Shown: positions 45,982 through 54,558 of the stretch, one piece after another | Position numbering within the stretch: position 1 is the stretch's first letter | Layout of the letters: each line of letters starts with the position of its first letter | Made by a program: the position numbers and the translations under genes | Notes under the pieces: model-generated | Seen by the model: only the letters and a program-made list of their open reading frames with translations | Databases searched by the model: none | Told to the model about the DNA's origin: nothing | IMG/VR virus record: IMGVR_UViG_3300022602_000036 | Location: 1-64,000 of that record | DNA length: 64,000 nt | Origin: a virus | Strand: one strand, 5' to 3'

Positions 45982-46057
45982 GCTACCTTAGCTCATCTGG
46001 TAGAGCACCGGCCTGAAGAGTCGGGTGTGCTTGGTTCAAGTCCAAGAGGTAGCACCA
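45982..46057 (+). tRNA. tRNA-Phe(GAA)
   Basis: Cloverleaf, CCA. Confidence 0.92.
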
Positions 46058-46077
46058 ACGTTAAATAAAGGTATAAC

Positions 46078-46548
46078 ATGAAAAAATTAGACATCAATTA
46101 TGTCCGTGATTACATAGAATCACAGAGCGCAGAAACCAAAGTCTACATTGGTGGAGACAGCCGTCGTTTCCGTAAAAATGGCAAATGGTATGCTGAATAC
46201 ACCTTGGCAGTGGTTGTACACCTTAACGGTAAAAACGGCTGTAAGATCTTTGGTGAAAGCTCAGTTGAAGTTGACTATGATCAAAAGCGTAGTCGTCCAG
46301 CTATGCGTCTAATGAACGAAGTATATAAGATTTCAGAACTATACCTTAAACTGCACGAAGTATTAGAAGATCGTGAAGTTGAAGTTCACTTAGACATTAA
46401 CCCTGATGAAATGCATGGGTCAAGCTGTGTGGTGCAACAAGCAATTGGTTATATCCGTGGTACCTGTAATGTCATACCATTGGTTAAACCAAATGCGTTT
46501 GCGGCTAGCTATGCGGCAGACCGTCTACATCACGTAGTAAATGGTTGA
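46078..46548 (+). CDS. RNase H-like YkuK/DUF458 family protein
   Basis: VYIGGDS, RLMNEV, EVHLDIN, KP.AFAASYAAD. Confidence 0.82.
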   Translation: MKKLDINYVRDYIESQSAETKVYIGGDSRRFRKNGKWYAEYTLAVVVHLNGKNGCKIFGESSVEVDYDQKRSRPAMRLMNEVYKISELYLKLHEVLEDREVEVHLDINPDEMHGSSCVVQQAIGYIRGTCNVIPLVKPNAFAASYAADRLHHVVNG

Positions 46549-46573
46549 CACAGCGGCCAAATGAGCGTATAAT
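46545..46573 (+). promoter_or_regulatory. Consensus sigma70 promoter
   Basis: TTGACA-17-TATAAT upstream of tRNA-Gly. Confidence 0.8.
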
Positions 46574-46592
46574 ATATGCTTGTTTGGTTAAT

Positions 46593-46666
46593 GCGGGATT
46601 AGTTTAATGGCAGAACAAGAGATTTCCAATCTTTTGGTGAGGGTTCGATTCCCTTATCCCGCTCCA
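46593..46666 (+). tRNA. tRNA-Gly(TCC)
   Basis: Cloverleaf, U73, CCA. Confidence 0.92.
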
Positions 46667-46673
46667 TTTTACA

Positions 46674-46750
46674 GGGCCTATAGCTTAATTGGTTGAAGCA
46701 ACAAACTCATAATTTGGAGATTCCTGGTTCAAGTCCAGGTGGGCCCACCA
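46674..46750 (+). tRNA. tRNA(CAT), probably Ile2 (lysidine type)
   Basis: Cloverleaf with Ile-like GGGCCT acceptor, CCA; identity inferred. Confidence 0.8.
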
Positions 46751-46752
46751 AA

Positions 46753-46827
46753 CCGGTGTTAGTTAAATGGATATAACAGGGGATTTCTACTCCCTAGTTG
46801 GGGGTTCGATTCCCTCACGCCGGACCA
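46753..46827 (+). tRNA. tRNA-Arg(TCT)
   Basis: Cloverleaf, CCA. Confidence 0.9.
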
Positions 46828-46834
46828 TAAGTAT

Positions 46835-46863
46835 TTGACATAGTCACTAAAAGGCAGTATAAT
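46835..46863 (+). promoter_or_regulatory. Consensus sigma70 promoter
   Basis: TTGACA-17-TATAAT. Confidence 0.7.
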
Positions 46864-47103
46864 ATGAAATATACGCAAGAAGAGATTATTGAACTGGCCA
46901 AAGAAGTAGAGCTCAGTGATATGATTGATTGGGAAGGCCTGCCTTTAGAAAAAGATAGAATCTATCAAATCGTTGGCAGTCAAGCCTATGAAGTGTATGA
47001 AGAATTTACCAATAGTGCTGATGGTGAAGCAATACTGTTAGCCACAGTAACTAAGTTATTAGTAGAGAATTTTGTTCTTAACCTTAGGGTTAATAACGTT
47101 TAA
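46864..47103 (+). CDS. Hypothetical protein
   Basis: 79 aa; LLATVTKLLVENFVLNL C-terminus. Confidence 0.65.
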   Translation: MKYTQEEIIELAKEVELSDMIDWEGLPLEKDRIYQIVGSQAYEVYEEFTNSADGEAILLATVTKLLVENFVLNLRVNNV

Positions 47104-47109
47104 GTTGAT

Positions 47110-47184
47110 AGCGGTGGTGGAGCAATTGGCAGCTCGCCAGCCTCATAAGCTGGAGACCAGGTTCGAGTCCTGCGACCGCAACCA
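47110..47184 (+). tRNA. Initiator-like tRNA-Met(CAT) with atypical acceptor/T stems
   Basis: TGGAGC..GCTC D-arm, unpaired first position, CCA. Confidence 0.75.
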
Positions 47185-47190
47185 ACACTA

Positions 47191-47395
47191 GGTTACACTT
47201 TTCCTTAAAGAAAGTGGGTCATTGGTGATACCATAACGCCAGGGTGCGCACGATAAAGTTTAGCGACTACCTCTAAGTCCCATTGCCGGGAGCCTTGAAA
47301 GTATCGTGGGTGTTTTGCTGTTTTTAACCACAAAGCAAACAGACGGACAGAGTAACCGCTCAGTTCTGGGCCAGGTAGTGCTGGTAGCAGGACAC
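47191..47395 (+). ncRNA. Unassigned large structured RNA (about 200 nt)
   Basis: GGTTAC/GTAACC, CACTTT/AAAGTG, CACGATA/TATCGTG, TTTGCT/AGCAAA and CCAG/CTGG stems. Confidence 0.65.
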
Positions 47396-47398
47396 AAT

Positions 47399-47474
47399 GC
47401 ATCTATCGTCTAGAGGCCTAGGACACCGCCCTTTCACGGCGGGAACACGAGTTCGAATCTCGTTAGATGTACCA
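47399..47474 (+). tRNA. tRNA-Glu(TTC), second copy
   Basis: Cloverleaf; D and T arms identical to the 41173 copy; CCA. Confidence 0.92.
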
Positions 47475-47545
47475 ATTAATTTTGGTAATTACAATAAATG
47501 ACATTTTTCAATGTGTTTAGCTAAATAAACATAAGGAGATATAAA

Positions 47546-47998
47546 ATGTTATTAATAGAAGAGTATATTAAACAATCTAAAGAAGCAAGGCAACAACACT
47601 TAGTTTTAACGGAGTCTTGCATAGAAAGAGGTGGCCCACAAAAAGGTGGATTATCTAGTTATTGTAAAGGGCTAATGGCCCATGTATTAGATACGAGTAT
47701 CCCAAGTGGACATAAAATACATATATGCCATGCCTGTAACAATGAAAAGTGTAGTAACCCAAAACATTTATATTGGGGCACTGCACAAGAAAATAGAATA
47801 GATCAGGGCAAAGATAATAGTCCTTGGGATAGAATGGTTGCCAAATATGGGTATGAAGAAGCCTGTAAAATGAATGGTAAAAATAAAAAAGGTAATACCA
47901 ATGGGTCAGGTAATAAAGGTAAACCTAAATCAGAAGAACATAAAAGAAAAATTGCCCTTAATCGTAAGGGTGGTAGAAAGAAAAAAGAAACAGTTTAA
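47546..47998 (+). CDS. HNH-type (Zn-loop) homing endonuclease with NUMOD3
   Basis: ICHACNNEKCSNPKHLYWGT..EN and KGKPKSEEHKRKI. Confidence 0.85.
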   Translation: MLLIEEYIKQSKEARQQHLVLTESCIERGGPQKGGLSSYCKGLMAHVLDTSIPSGHKIHICHACNNEKCSNPKHLYWGTAQENRIDQGKDNSPWDRMVAKYGYEEACKMNGKNKKGNTNGSGNKGKPKSEEHKRKIALNRKGGRKKKETV

Positions 47999-48003
47999 AT
48001 ATT

Positions 48004-48088
48004 GCCCCGATGGTGGAATTGGCAGACACGCTTGTCTTAGAAGCAAGTACCGAAAGGTGTGAGAGTTCAAGTCTCTCTTGGGGCACCA
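48004..48088 (+). tRNA. tRNA-Leu(TAG)
   Basis: Class II cloverleaf, CCA. Confidence 0.93.
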
Positions 48089-48095
48089 TTAAATT

Positions 48096-48170
48096 GCTGG
48101 ATTAGCTCAGTGGTAGAGCAACCGCCTTGTAAGCGGTAGGTCGTCAGTTCAATCCCGACATCCAGCACCA
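48096..48170 (+). tRNA. tRNA-Thr(TGT)
   Basis: Cloverleaf, CCA. Confidence 0.92.
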
Positions 48171-48176
48171 AGAATT

Positions 48177-48270
48177 GGAGAGCTGGCCGAGTGGTCGAAG
48201 GCACTTCCCTGCTAAGGAAGCATACGGGCTTAAACCTGTATCGAGGGTTCGAATCCCTCGCTCTCCGCCA
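48177..48270 (+). tRNA. tRNA-Ser(GCT)
   Basis: Class II cloverleaf, G73, CCA. Confidence 0.93.
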
Positions 48271-48284
48271 ATATAAATATTAAT

Positions 48285-48497
48285 ATGAATCCAACGACAT
48301 CATTTCTAGTAGTACTACTAATCACAGGCTGTGCTGTCCAGCCTACTCCCGCAAAAAATAATAAGCAAGTTGAAACAACACCAAATAAACCAGCGTACAC
48401 ATTGTACGTACCACCAGAAGAAATATGGCCAGAAGATTATCAATCACCCCCAAAAGTCTGTGCTAGCCCATTTAGAGGAAGTATATTAGAAAGATGA
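48285..48497 (+). CDS. Small lipoprotein
   Basis: Hydrophobic N-terminus with LITGC lipobox. Confidence 0.6.
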   Translation: MNPTTSFLVVLLITGCAVQPTPAKNNKQVETTPNKPAYTLYVPPEEIWPEDYQSPPKVCASPFRGSILER

Positions 48498-50518
48498 AAA
48501 ACAAACTTAAGAAAATCTTAGTCAGTCCATGGACTGCTCTCATTACTCTAGCTCTTATTGTAGCTGTAGTGTTTCAAGGACCTACATTTGTAGAAAGTGT
48601 TAGGCTCCGATACTTTGACACACTTATTACCAATCAGAAGCCTACTCAAAATAATATCTATACTGTAAACATAGATGAAGCTACCATAGACCGTTATGGT
48701 CAATGGCCATTTAAGCGTGACATCTATGCTAATCTAATTGATCAAATATACGCCCACAATGCTGGCCTAGTTGTTTGGGACGTATTAATGCCAGAAAAGG
48801 ATCGCCAAGGTGGCGATGCAACACTAGCCACAGTGTTAAGAACACAGGCTAATGTTATTCTTACTAACATGCCCGCACAGACCAGCAAGAATATTCCACG
48901 CAAACCAGGTAGTGCTGTAATTGGTGCAGACTATTTAGATACTATCATTAACTATCCAGGCATTATTGCCAACATTCCAGAATTAGAAAATAATGCCATT
49001 GGTGTTGGTATTGCTAACACTATGCCAGAGATTGATGGTGTTAATCGTCGCTTGCCATTGTTTGTGGGCTATAATGGTGGCTTATATCCCAGCGTTCCTT
49101 TAGAAGTACTGCGTGTTATTAGTAATGATGACACATTCCAAGTTAAGCTAAATGAGAATGGCGTTGAGAAAATGCGTGTGCCTAGCTTCCGTCCTATTAG
49201 TACAGACAGCCTAGGTCGTATCTGGGTAGACTGGAGTCAACAGAGTATTCCTGTATCAGCAGTTAACCTACCTAAAGACTTTAAGAAAGGTATTGTTATT
49301 GTAGGTACCAGTGCCGCAGGTATTGGTAATCCAGTAGCAACATCAAAAGGCAGTGTTTGGCCACAAGACATGCAGGCCGCTGTAGTTGCTACGCTGGCTA
49401 ACAATGTAAATATTGAACGTCCTGATTGGGCTCCTGGTGCTGAACTATTAGCACTTGTAGTTATCTCACTTATTATCCTAATATTATCACGTTGGGTATA
49501 TGTTGGCCTAGGTGTAGGTGTTGTATTAACTGCTAGTTTAATTCCAGCAAGCATGTATGTGTTTGCGCACTACAAGTTCTTAATAGATGCTATTGTGCCT
49601 ACAGCAGGTGTAGTTCTTGTTATGCTACACGCTTATGGTGTTAAGTTTGTTAGTGAATTCTTACAGAAACAACAGATCAAGAAACAGTTTGGCAGCTATG
49701 TTAATCCTACTATAGTAGAACGCTTGCAAAAGAATCCAGAGCTGATCAAACTAGGTGGTGAGCGTAAAGAACTATCAATTGTCATGACAGACCTGCGTGG
49801 GTTTACTACCCTAGGCGAATCGTTTGGTGATGATGTAGAAGGACTTACACAGATCATGAACGACTACATGACAGCACTGAGTATTCCTGTGCTTAAGAAT
49901 GACGGTACACTGATCAAGTTCATTGGTGATGCCAGCCTGCACGTTCATGGTGCTCCATTGGATGATGCTAACCATGCCAAGACTGCGGTACGTACAGCAC
50001 TAGAAATGATTGATGCCATTGCTGATTTCAACAAGGAACTAACAGCCAAAGGTCGTCCACCAGTGGGCATGGGTGCTGGTGTTAACACAGGTGAAACTTT
50101 AATTGGTAACATTGGTGCTAAAAGTAAGTTTGGCTATGATGTCTTAGGTGATAGTGTCAGCACTGCGGCACGTTTAGAAGGACAAACTAAGGCCTATGGT
50201 GTATTACTAATCATTGGACCTAAGACTGCTGAGTATTGTAAAGATGACTTCCCTGTGGTATGGTTAGACAACATTGCTGTTAAAGGCAAAACCATCGGCT
50301 TAGATATCTATGCTGTGGGTCATACAGTCGCATACAAACACGAAGAATATAAGAAAGAATATCTACGTGGCAATTGGGTTGCCGCACTTAAATGGGCACG
50401 TGAACTAGAAGCTGATCCAACTGTAGAAATTAAAGAATACTATCACAAGATGATTGAGCGTCTTGAAGAGGGAGTTCCAGCTAACTGGGACGGCACTTAT
50501 CACGCTACGAGCAAATAA
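48494..50518 (+). CDS. CHASE2-domain membrane class III adenylate/guanylate cyclase
   Basis: TM-CHASE2 (IDE..GQWP, DGVNRR)-3TM-cyclase (TDLRGFT, KFIGDA, YDVLGDSVSTAARLE, VKGK). Confidence 0.92.
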   Translation: MKNKLKKILVSPWTALITLALIVAVVFQGPTFVESVRLRYFDTLITNQKPTQNNIYTVNIDEATIDRYGQWPFKRDIYANLIDQIYAHNAGLVVWDVLMPEKDRQGGDATLATVLRTQANVILTNMPAQTSKNIPRKPGSAVIGADYLDTIINYPGIIANIPELENNAIGVGIANTMPEIDGVNRRLPLFVGYNGGLYPSVPLEVLRVISNDDTFQVKLNENGVEKMRVPSFRPISTDSLGRIWVDWSQQSIPVSAVNLPKDFKKGIVIVGTSAAGIGNPVATSKGSVWPQDMQAAVVATLANNVNIERPDWAPGAELLALVVISLIILILSRWVYVGLGVGVVLTASLIPASMYVFAHYKFLIDAIVPTAGVVLVMLHAYGVKFVSEFLQKQQIKKQFGSYVNPTIVERLQKNPELIKLGGERKELSIVMTDLRGFTTLGESFGDDVEGLTQIMNDYMTALSIPVLKNDGTLIKFIGDASLHVHGAPLDDANHAKTAVRTALEMIDAIADFNKELTAKGRPPVGMGAGVNTGETLIGNIGAKSKFGYDVLGDSVSTAARLEGQTKAYGVLLIIGPKTAEYCKDDFPVVWLDNIAVKGKTIGLDIYAVGHTVAYKHEEYKKEYLRGNWVAALKWARELEADPTVEIKEYYHKMIERLEEGVPANWDGTYHATSK

Positions 50519-51675
50519 TGGAAGAAATTAAATCAATTGGGATCGCTCTAGATCCCAATAATATACCAGCCTTTCTATTAGATTGGGAACTAACCAAAAA
50601 GTGCAATTTGGATTGCAGCTATTGCGAAATAGGTGAAGAAGGAGGGCACGATAACTCGTTACCTCATCCTCCGCTAGATGAATGTTTACAAACTATTGAC
50701 TTTATGTATGAGTACGTTAGCCTATACATGGCCAATAAAAAGCCCACTCAACGTAAGGTAGTATTAAACGTCTATGGCGGCGAAAGTTTGTATCATCCAG
50801 ACATCATTGATATTCTCACTGCCTGCAGAGAAAAATATAAAAAGTATTCCAGCCAATGGGAATTAACTATTACCACCACTACCAATGCTATTGTTAAACA
50901 AAGTATCTGGAGCAAAGTAATAGATCTAATAGATGAATTTACAGTCAGCTATCATGCAGAAAATCTTCCTAAACAAGAAAAGATATTCTTTGAAAATCTA
51001 TTAGAATTAAAGAACAATAACAAGCGTGTAAAATGTGTGGTAATGATGCACACCGTACCTGAGTTATGGATTAAATCATCTGAAGCTGTGGAATTTTGTA
51101 AGCAACACGATATTAGATGTATACCCAAACCATTTGATAATCCAGAACTAGCATACACCGCTGATCAATATTCAAAGTTTAAAACATTTTGGATTTCTAA
51201 TACCAATTCAAAAAATAATCAACCAGCTATAGAACAATTAAATGATATAGCAACAGATACCAGCGATGTTGTAAGCATCTGTGAAGGTCGTGCATGTTGT
51301 GGTGGTAGGAAAATGTCCTTAAACAAAGACTTGAAATCAGCTGTGGTATTTGTGCCTAAACAGGGATTCTTTGGCTGGAACTGTAGTGTAAATTGGTTCT
51401 TCTTATTTGTTCAACAGACCACTGGCAAGGTCTATTTTAATAAAGATTGTAAGATGTCATTCACTGGCAAAGTAGAACCAATTGGCAACTTGAGCAATAG
51501 CTCAGCACTAATCAATAATCTTAAAGAGCAATTTGAAACTAAATCTATGCCTGTGGTCAAGTGTGCAAAATCTATATGCTTCTGCGGGTATTGCGCACCA
51601 AAGGCAGACAACATGGAAGACTTCAAAGAGTTAATTAAACGAAATGTCATAACGGATGTTATTAACTATGAATAA
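50518..51675 (+). CDS. Radical SAM protein
   Basis: CNLDCSYC, GGE, TTN and Cys-rich C-terminus. Confidence 0.9.
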   Translation: MEEIKSIGIALDPNNIPAFLLDWELTKKCNLDCSYCEIGEEGGHDNSLPHPPLDECLQTIDFMYEYVSLYMANKKPTQRKVVLNVYGGESLYHPDIIDILTACREKYKKYSSQWELTITTTTNAIVKQSIWSKVIDLIDEFTVSYHAENLPKQEKIFFENLLELKNNNKRVKCVVMMHTVPELWIKSSEAVEFCKQHDIRCIPKPFDNPELAYTADQYSKFKTFWISNTNSKNNQPAIEQLNDIATDTSDVVSICEGRACCGGRKMSLNKDLKSAVVFVPKQGFFGWNCSVNWFFLFVQQTTGKVYFNKDCKMSFTGKVEPIGNLSNSSALINNLKEQFETKSMPVVKCAKSICFCGYCAPKADNMEDFKELIKRNVITDVINYE

Positions 51676-52426
51676 AATTATATTTTTTCTTTTGGTATCG
51701 TTTGCAGTTACCGTACAAGCTGGTGTAACTGCTAAGAGCTATTTGGTCACTGATACTCAAGGACAAGTTGTTATTGAGAAAGATGCAGATCAACCACGCC
51801 CTATTGCTAGTATTACTAAACTAATGACCATTATGGTTGTGCTAGATTCTCGCCAGCCGTTAGATGACGTGATTATCTTAGACTATAAGTTAACCCGCCA
51901 ATATCATACACACTTACCTCATAGTGTTAAAACACTTACTCGCCAAGACCTAATTGATCTAGCCATGGTTAAAAGTGATAACTTTGCGGCCTATACTTTA
52001 TGCGCGAACTATCCAGGCGGAGTTGATAGTTGTATAGAGGCTATGAATCTCAAGGCCATCAATCTTGGCATGGCCAACACACACTACACTGATCCCACTG
52101 GCCTAGAGGAAACCAACGTCAGTACAGCTCGCGATTTAATTAAACTTATTATCAGTGCTAAAAGTTATCCCAACATAGTCAGTGCTACTCGACCTAGCGT
52201 TGAGATTAAAGTAAAGAAACATTGGTATCAGGCATTTAATACCAGCCCTATTGTTAGACTACATGACGATGATATTATTGTAAGTAAAACTGGGTATATT
52301 CACCAAAGTGGCGGATGTTTGGTAATGCTGATGAATACGCAGTTAGGTCAGCGTATAATTGCCCTACTTGGAAGTCGCAATGCACATACACGCTTTCCAG
52401 AGGCAGAAGAGCTAATTAAAAGTTAA
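51668..52426 (+). CDS. Secreted peptidase S11 (D-Ala-D-Ala carboxy/endopeptidase, PbpG-like)
   Basis: Signal peptide; SITK, SDN and KTG motifs. Confidence 0.9.
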   Translation: MNKIIFFLLVSFAVTVQAGVTAKSYLVTDTQGQVVIEKDADQPRPIASITKLMTIMVVLDSRQPLDDVIILDYKLTRQYHTHLPHSVKTLTRQDLIDLAMVKSDNFAAYTLCANYPGGVDSCIEAMNLKAINLGMANTHYTDPTGLEETNVSTARDLIKLIISAKSYPNIVSATRPSVEIKVKKHWYQAFNTSPIVRLHDDDIIVSKTGYIHQSGGCLVMLMNTQLGQRIIALLGSRNAHTRFPEAEELIKS

Positions 52427-52752
52427 CCTTCGCCGCTTGATGCGGCTTGGTCGTCTTCTGTTTTAGCTTTATGTACTTTCATATTAATTTCTTTTTCAGC
52501 TTCAACACGTTCGTGTTCAATTGTTTTGCCACGTAGGTGTAAGACTGTGTTTACTTTTTGATTTAAGCGTATTAGGTCATTGTCTAGCATACGTATACGA
52601 TCAATAAGCGCAATCAGCACAGTGTTAGCATCGCTAATCACAGGCTTAACTTCTTTTGTGCTCCATTCCCATACGTATTTGATAATATAGCCCATGCCCA
52701 CTGCCATGACAATGGGGAAGCCATACTTATTGATTAACATTACAATATCCAT
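52423..52752 (-). CDS. YvrJ-like membrane protein (paralog of 54220)
   Basis: INKYGFPIVMA TM segment plus coiled coil. Confidence 0.7.
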   Translation of the reverse strand: MDIVMLINKYGFPIVMAVGMGYIIKYVWEWSTKEVKPVISDANTVLIALIDRIRMLDNDLIRLNQKVNTVLHLRGKTIEHERVEAEKEINMKVHKAKTEDDQAASSGEG

Positions 52753-52753
52753 A

Positions 52754-52882
52754 CTACTCCTCTAACGCCTTTTGAATTTGTGCGTTATGTTCCGCTACTC
52801 TATCTTTGATAGAGTCTATCTCAGGAGTCAGCCACCAAAACACCAGTGCTAACCAAAAAATCCAAATTAATGCAACTCTCAT
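52754..52882 (-). CDS. Small membrane peptide (42 aa, not in ORF track)
   Basis: MRVALIWIFWLALVFWWLTPE...; fills the gap between flanking genes exactly. Confidence 0.5.
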   Translation of the reverse strand: MRVALIWIFWLALVFWWLTPEIDSIKDRVAEHNAQIQKALEE

Positions 52883-52883
52883 A

Positions 52884-53462
52884 TTAGAACCAAAGGAAAA
52901 GACCTTGGCTCATTAGCAGTATGCCAACTGCGCATACGCCAAAGCTGGTCCAAAATAGTGCCATGCTAACTGCTAAAATACTTGCTGAAAGTAAAACAAT
53001 CGCTAGTTGATATGCTGTGCCAGCGTAGCCAATCCACGGCGATTTTTTCTTAGCATGATCACGTTCTTCTTCTAACTTTTTAGCCTTTTCAAACAGTGCA
53101 GGTTTGCCTTCGTCACCTAGTTCATAATTAGCGGCTTTTTCACTAAACTTTTTAGCCTTGACTGGATCAGAGGTAGTCTGTGCAGCTAGTTCGTATTCTG
53201 TTTGTTTGATTGATTTTGCTTGATAAAAATTCCAAATATCGTTTGCTTTGATAGTGTTGTTCATAATAGTTGAACTTAACCCACCGCCATACCAAACGTT
53301 AAATGCTAGTAAGGCAGCAAAAATATTAATTACTAAGCCAGCGTGTCCTTTGATCTTTGCTTCGCGTTCACTGCGACTAGGGCCGCCTGTGGCCGGAGCT
53401 TTATCATCACCTGGTTTAGGTTCACGTGTTACCATTTTCATTACTGTATCCATTAATGCCAT
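52884..53462 (-). CDS. DUF4337-like membrane protein
   Basis: TM, A.D.WNFYQAKSIKQ, YQLAIVLLSASIL. Confidence 0.75.
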   Translation of the reverse strand: MALMDTVMKMVTREPKPGDDKAPATGGPSRSEREAKIKGHAGLVINIFAALLAFNVWYGGGLSSTIMNNTIKANDIWNFYQAKSIKQTEYELAAQTTSDPVKAKKFSEKAANYELGDEGKPALFEKAKKLEEERDHAKKKSPWIGYAGTAYQLAIVLLSASILAVSMALFWTSFGVCAVGILLMSQGLFLWF

Positions 53463-53472
53463 TATCTATCTC

Positions 53473-53625
53473 CTAAAATATCAGCCCAATTAAAAATCCT
53501 AATAACATACCTATAACTAAGAATCTAAACAAATCAGCATCGTGCCAGATTGCTTGTTTCTTTAACCATATTTGGGTATGCTTTGGTTGTTGCTCTAGCC
53601 ATACTTGATGTGGTAATTTAAACAT
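53473..53625 (-). CDS. Small membrane protein (50 aa, not in ORF track)
   Basis: MFKLPHQVWLEQQPKHTQIWLKKQAIWHDADL plus TM; GGAGA RBS. Confidence 0.6.
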   Translation of the reverse strand: MFKLPHQVWLEQQPKHTQIWLKKQAIWHDADLFRFLVIGMLLGFLIGLIF

Positions 53626-54181
53626 TAATCTCTCCCTTATGAGTTCTCATATGAGAAGCCATTGCATTTGTTGGTATTTCTTTGCCACAATGCTCGCAAG
53701 CCTTTTTAGGATATTTTTTTCCTAGTTGTCCCACGGACATATTTTTTTTACCTTCTTCAGACTTTGGCTTCATAAATGCTTTTTTTGTTTCTTCGCTATA
53801 TCTAACACGAGAACGAGATTTAGCATTTTCTTTTACTCTTTTATCAGTAGATGCTGTAAGTCCTTTGTTCCAAGGGGTTCTACCTTTTCCTGCTACAGAT
53901 ATTTTTTGTTTAATATCATCAGTCAATGAAGGCCCTTCTCCACCATCTGTTTTGTTTTTTAAAATACCAGTGCCCAAATCTTTTCTACCGTATTTTGCAA
54001 TTAGTTCTACTTCTAAATTAAATGCTTCTTGTTCAGTCAACTTATCAGCAACAATTCGTATGCGAGATTTGTCGTTGGGTTTATATGGCCTTTTACAATA
54101 CGCTCTAAACCCACTACCTTTACCTACATAATAAGGAGTGCCATTTTCTCTGAGATATTCATATACATAATATTTGTTCAT
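53618..54181 (-). CDS. GIY-YIG homing endonuclease
   Basis: YYVYEY...PYYVGKG..R, E..LI..YGR, L.N.TDGGEG, PWNKG, C2H2-like tail. Confidence 0.88.
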   Translation of the reverse strand: MNKYYVYEYLRENGTPYYVGKGSGFRAYCKRPYKPNDKSRIRIVADKLTEQEAFNLEVELIAKYGRKDLGTGILKNKTDGGEGPSLTDDIKQKISVAGKGRTPWNKGLTASTDKRVKENAKSRSRVRYSEETKKAFMKPKSEEGKKNMSVGQLGKKYPKKACEHCGKEIPTNAMASHMRTHKGEINV

Positions 54182-54219
54182 ATATGTATTTATATCTTTG
54201 CGTCATTTTTACGATATAG

Positions 54220-54501
54220 CTAATCGCGACGGGCGTCCGTCTTACCATCTGCACGTGCAATACGATCAGTGTCTGGTCTAAGTCCAAGTGCATTACTTAC
54301 AATAGTATCAATACGGATAACGTCATGGTTCATTGTTTTTACACGATTATCTAAGGCTGTGATAATACCTGCCATGCCCTTGATTGAGCCTAGCACACCC
54401 TGTAGTAATAGTTTAATTGTGAGATAAACGAAATAGCCGCCTGCTAGCGCCACTGCGATAGGAAAACCTAAATCACCTATGAGTTTGAATACATCACCCA
54501 T
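54220..54501 (-). CDS. YvrJ-like membrane protein
   Basis: IGDLGFPIAVA TM segment plus coiled coil; AAGGAG RBS. Confidence 0.7.
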   Translation of the reverse strand: MGDVFKLIGDLGFPIAVALAGGYFVYLTIKLLLQGVLGSIKGMAGIITALDNRVKTMNHDVIRIDTIVSNALGLRPDTDRIARADGKTDARRD

Positions 54502-54558
54502 GTCCTGCTCCTTGAAATACTATTTTTATTATACTAGTATTTATATTTAGGTGAGATT

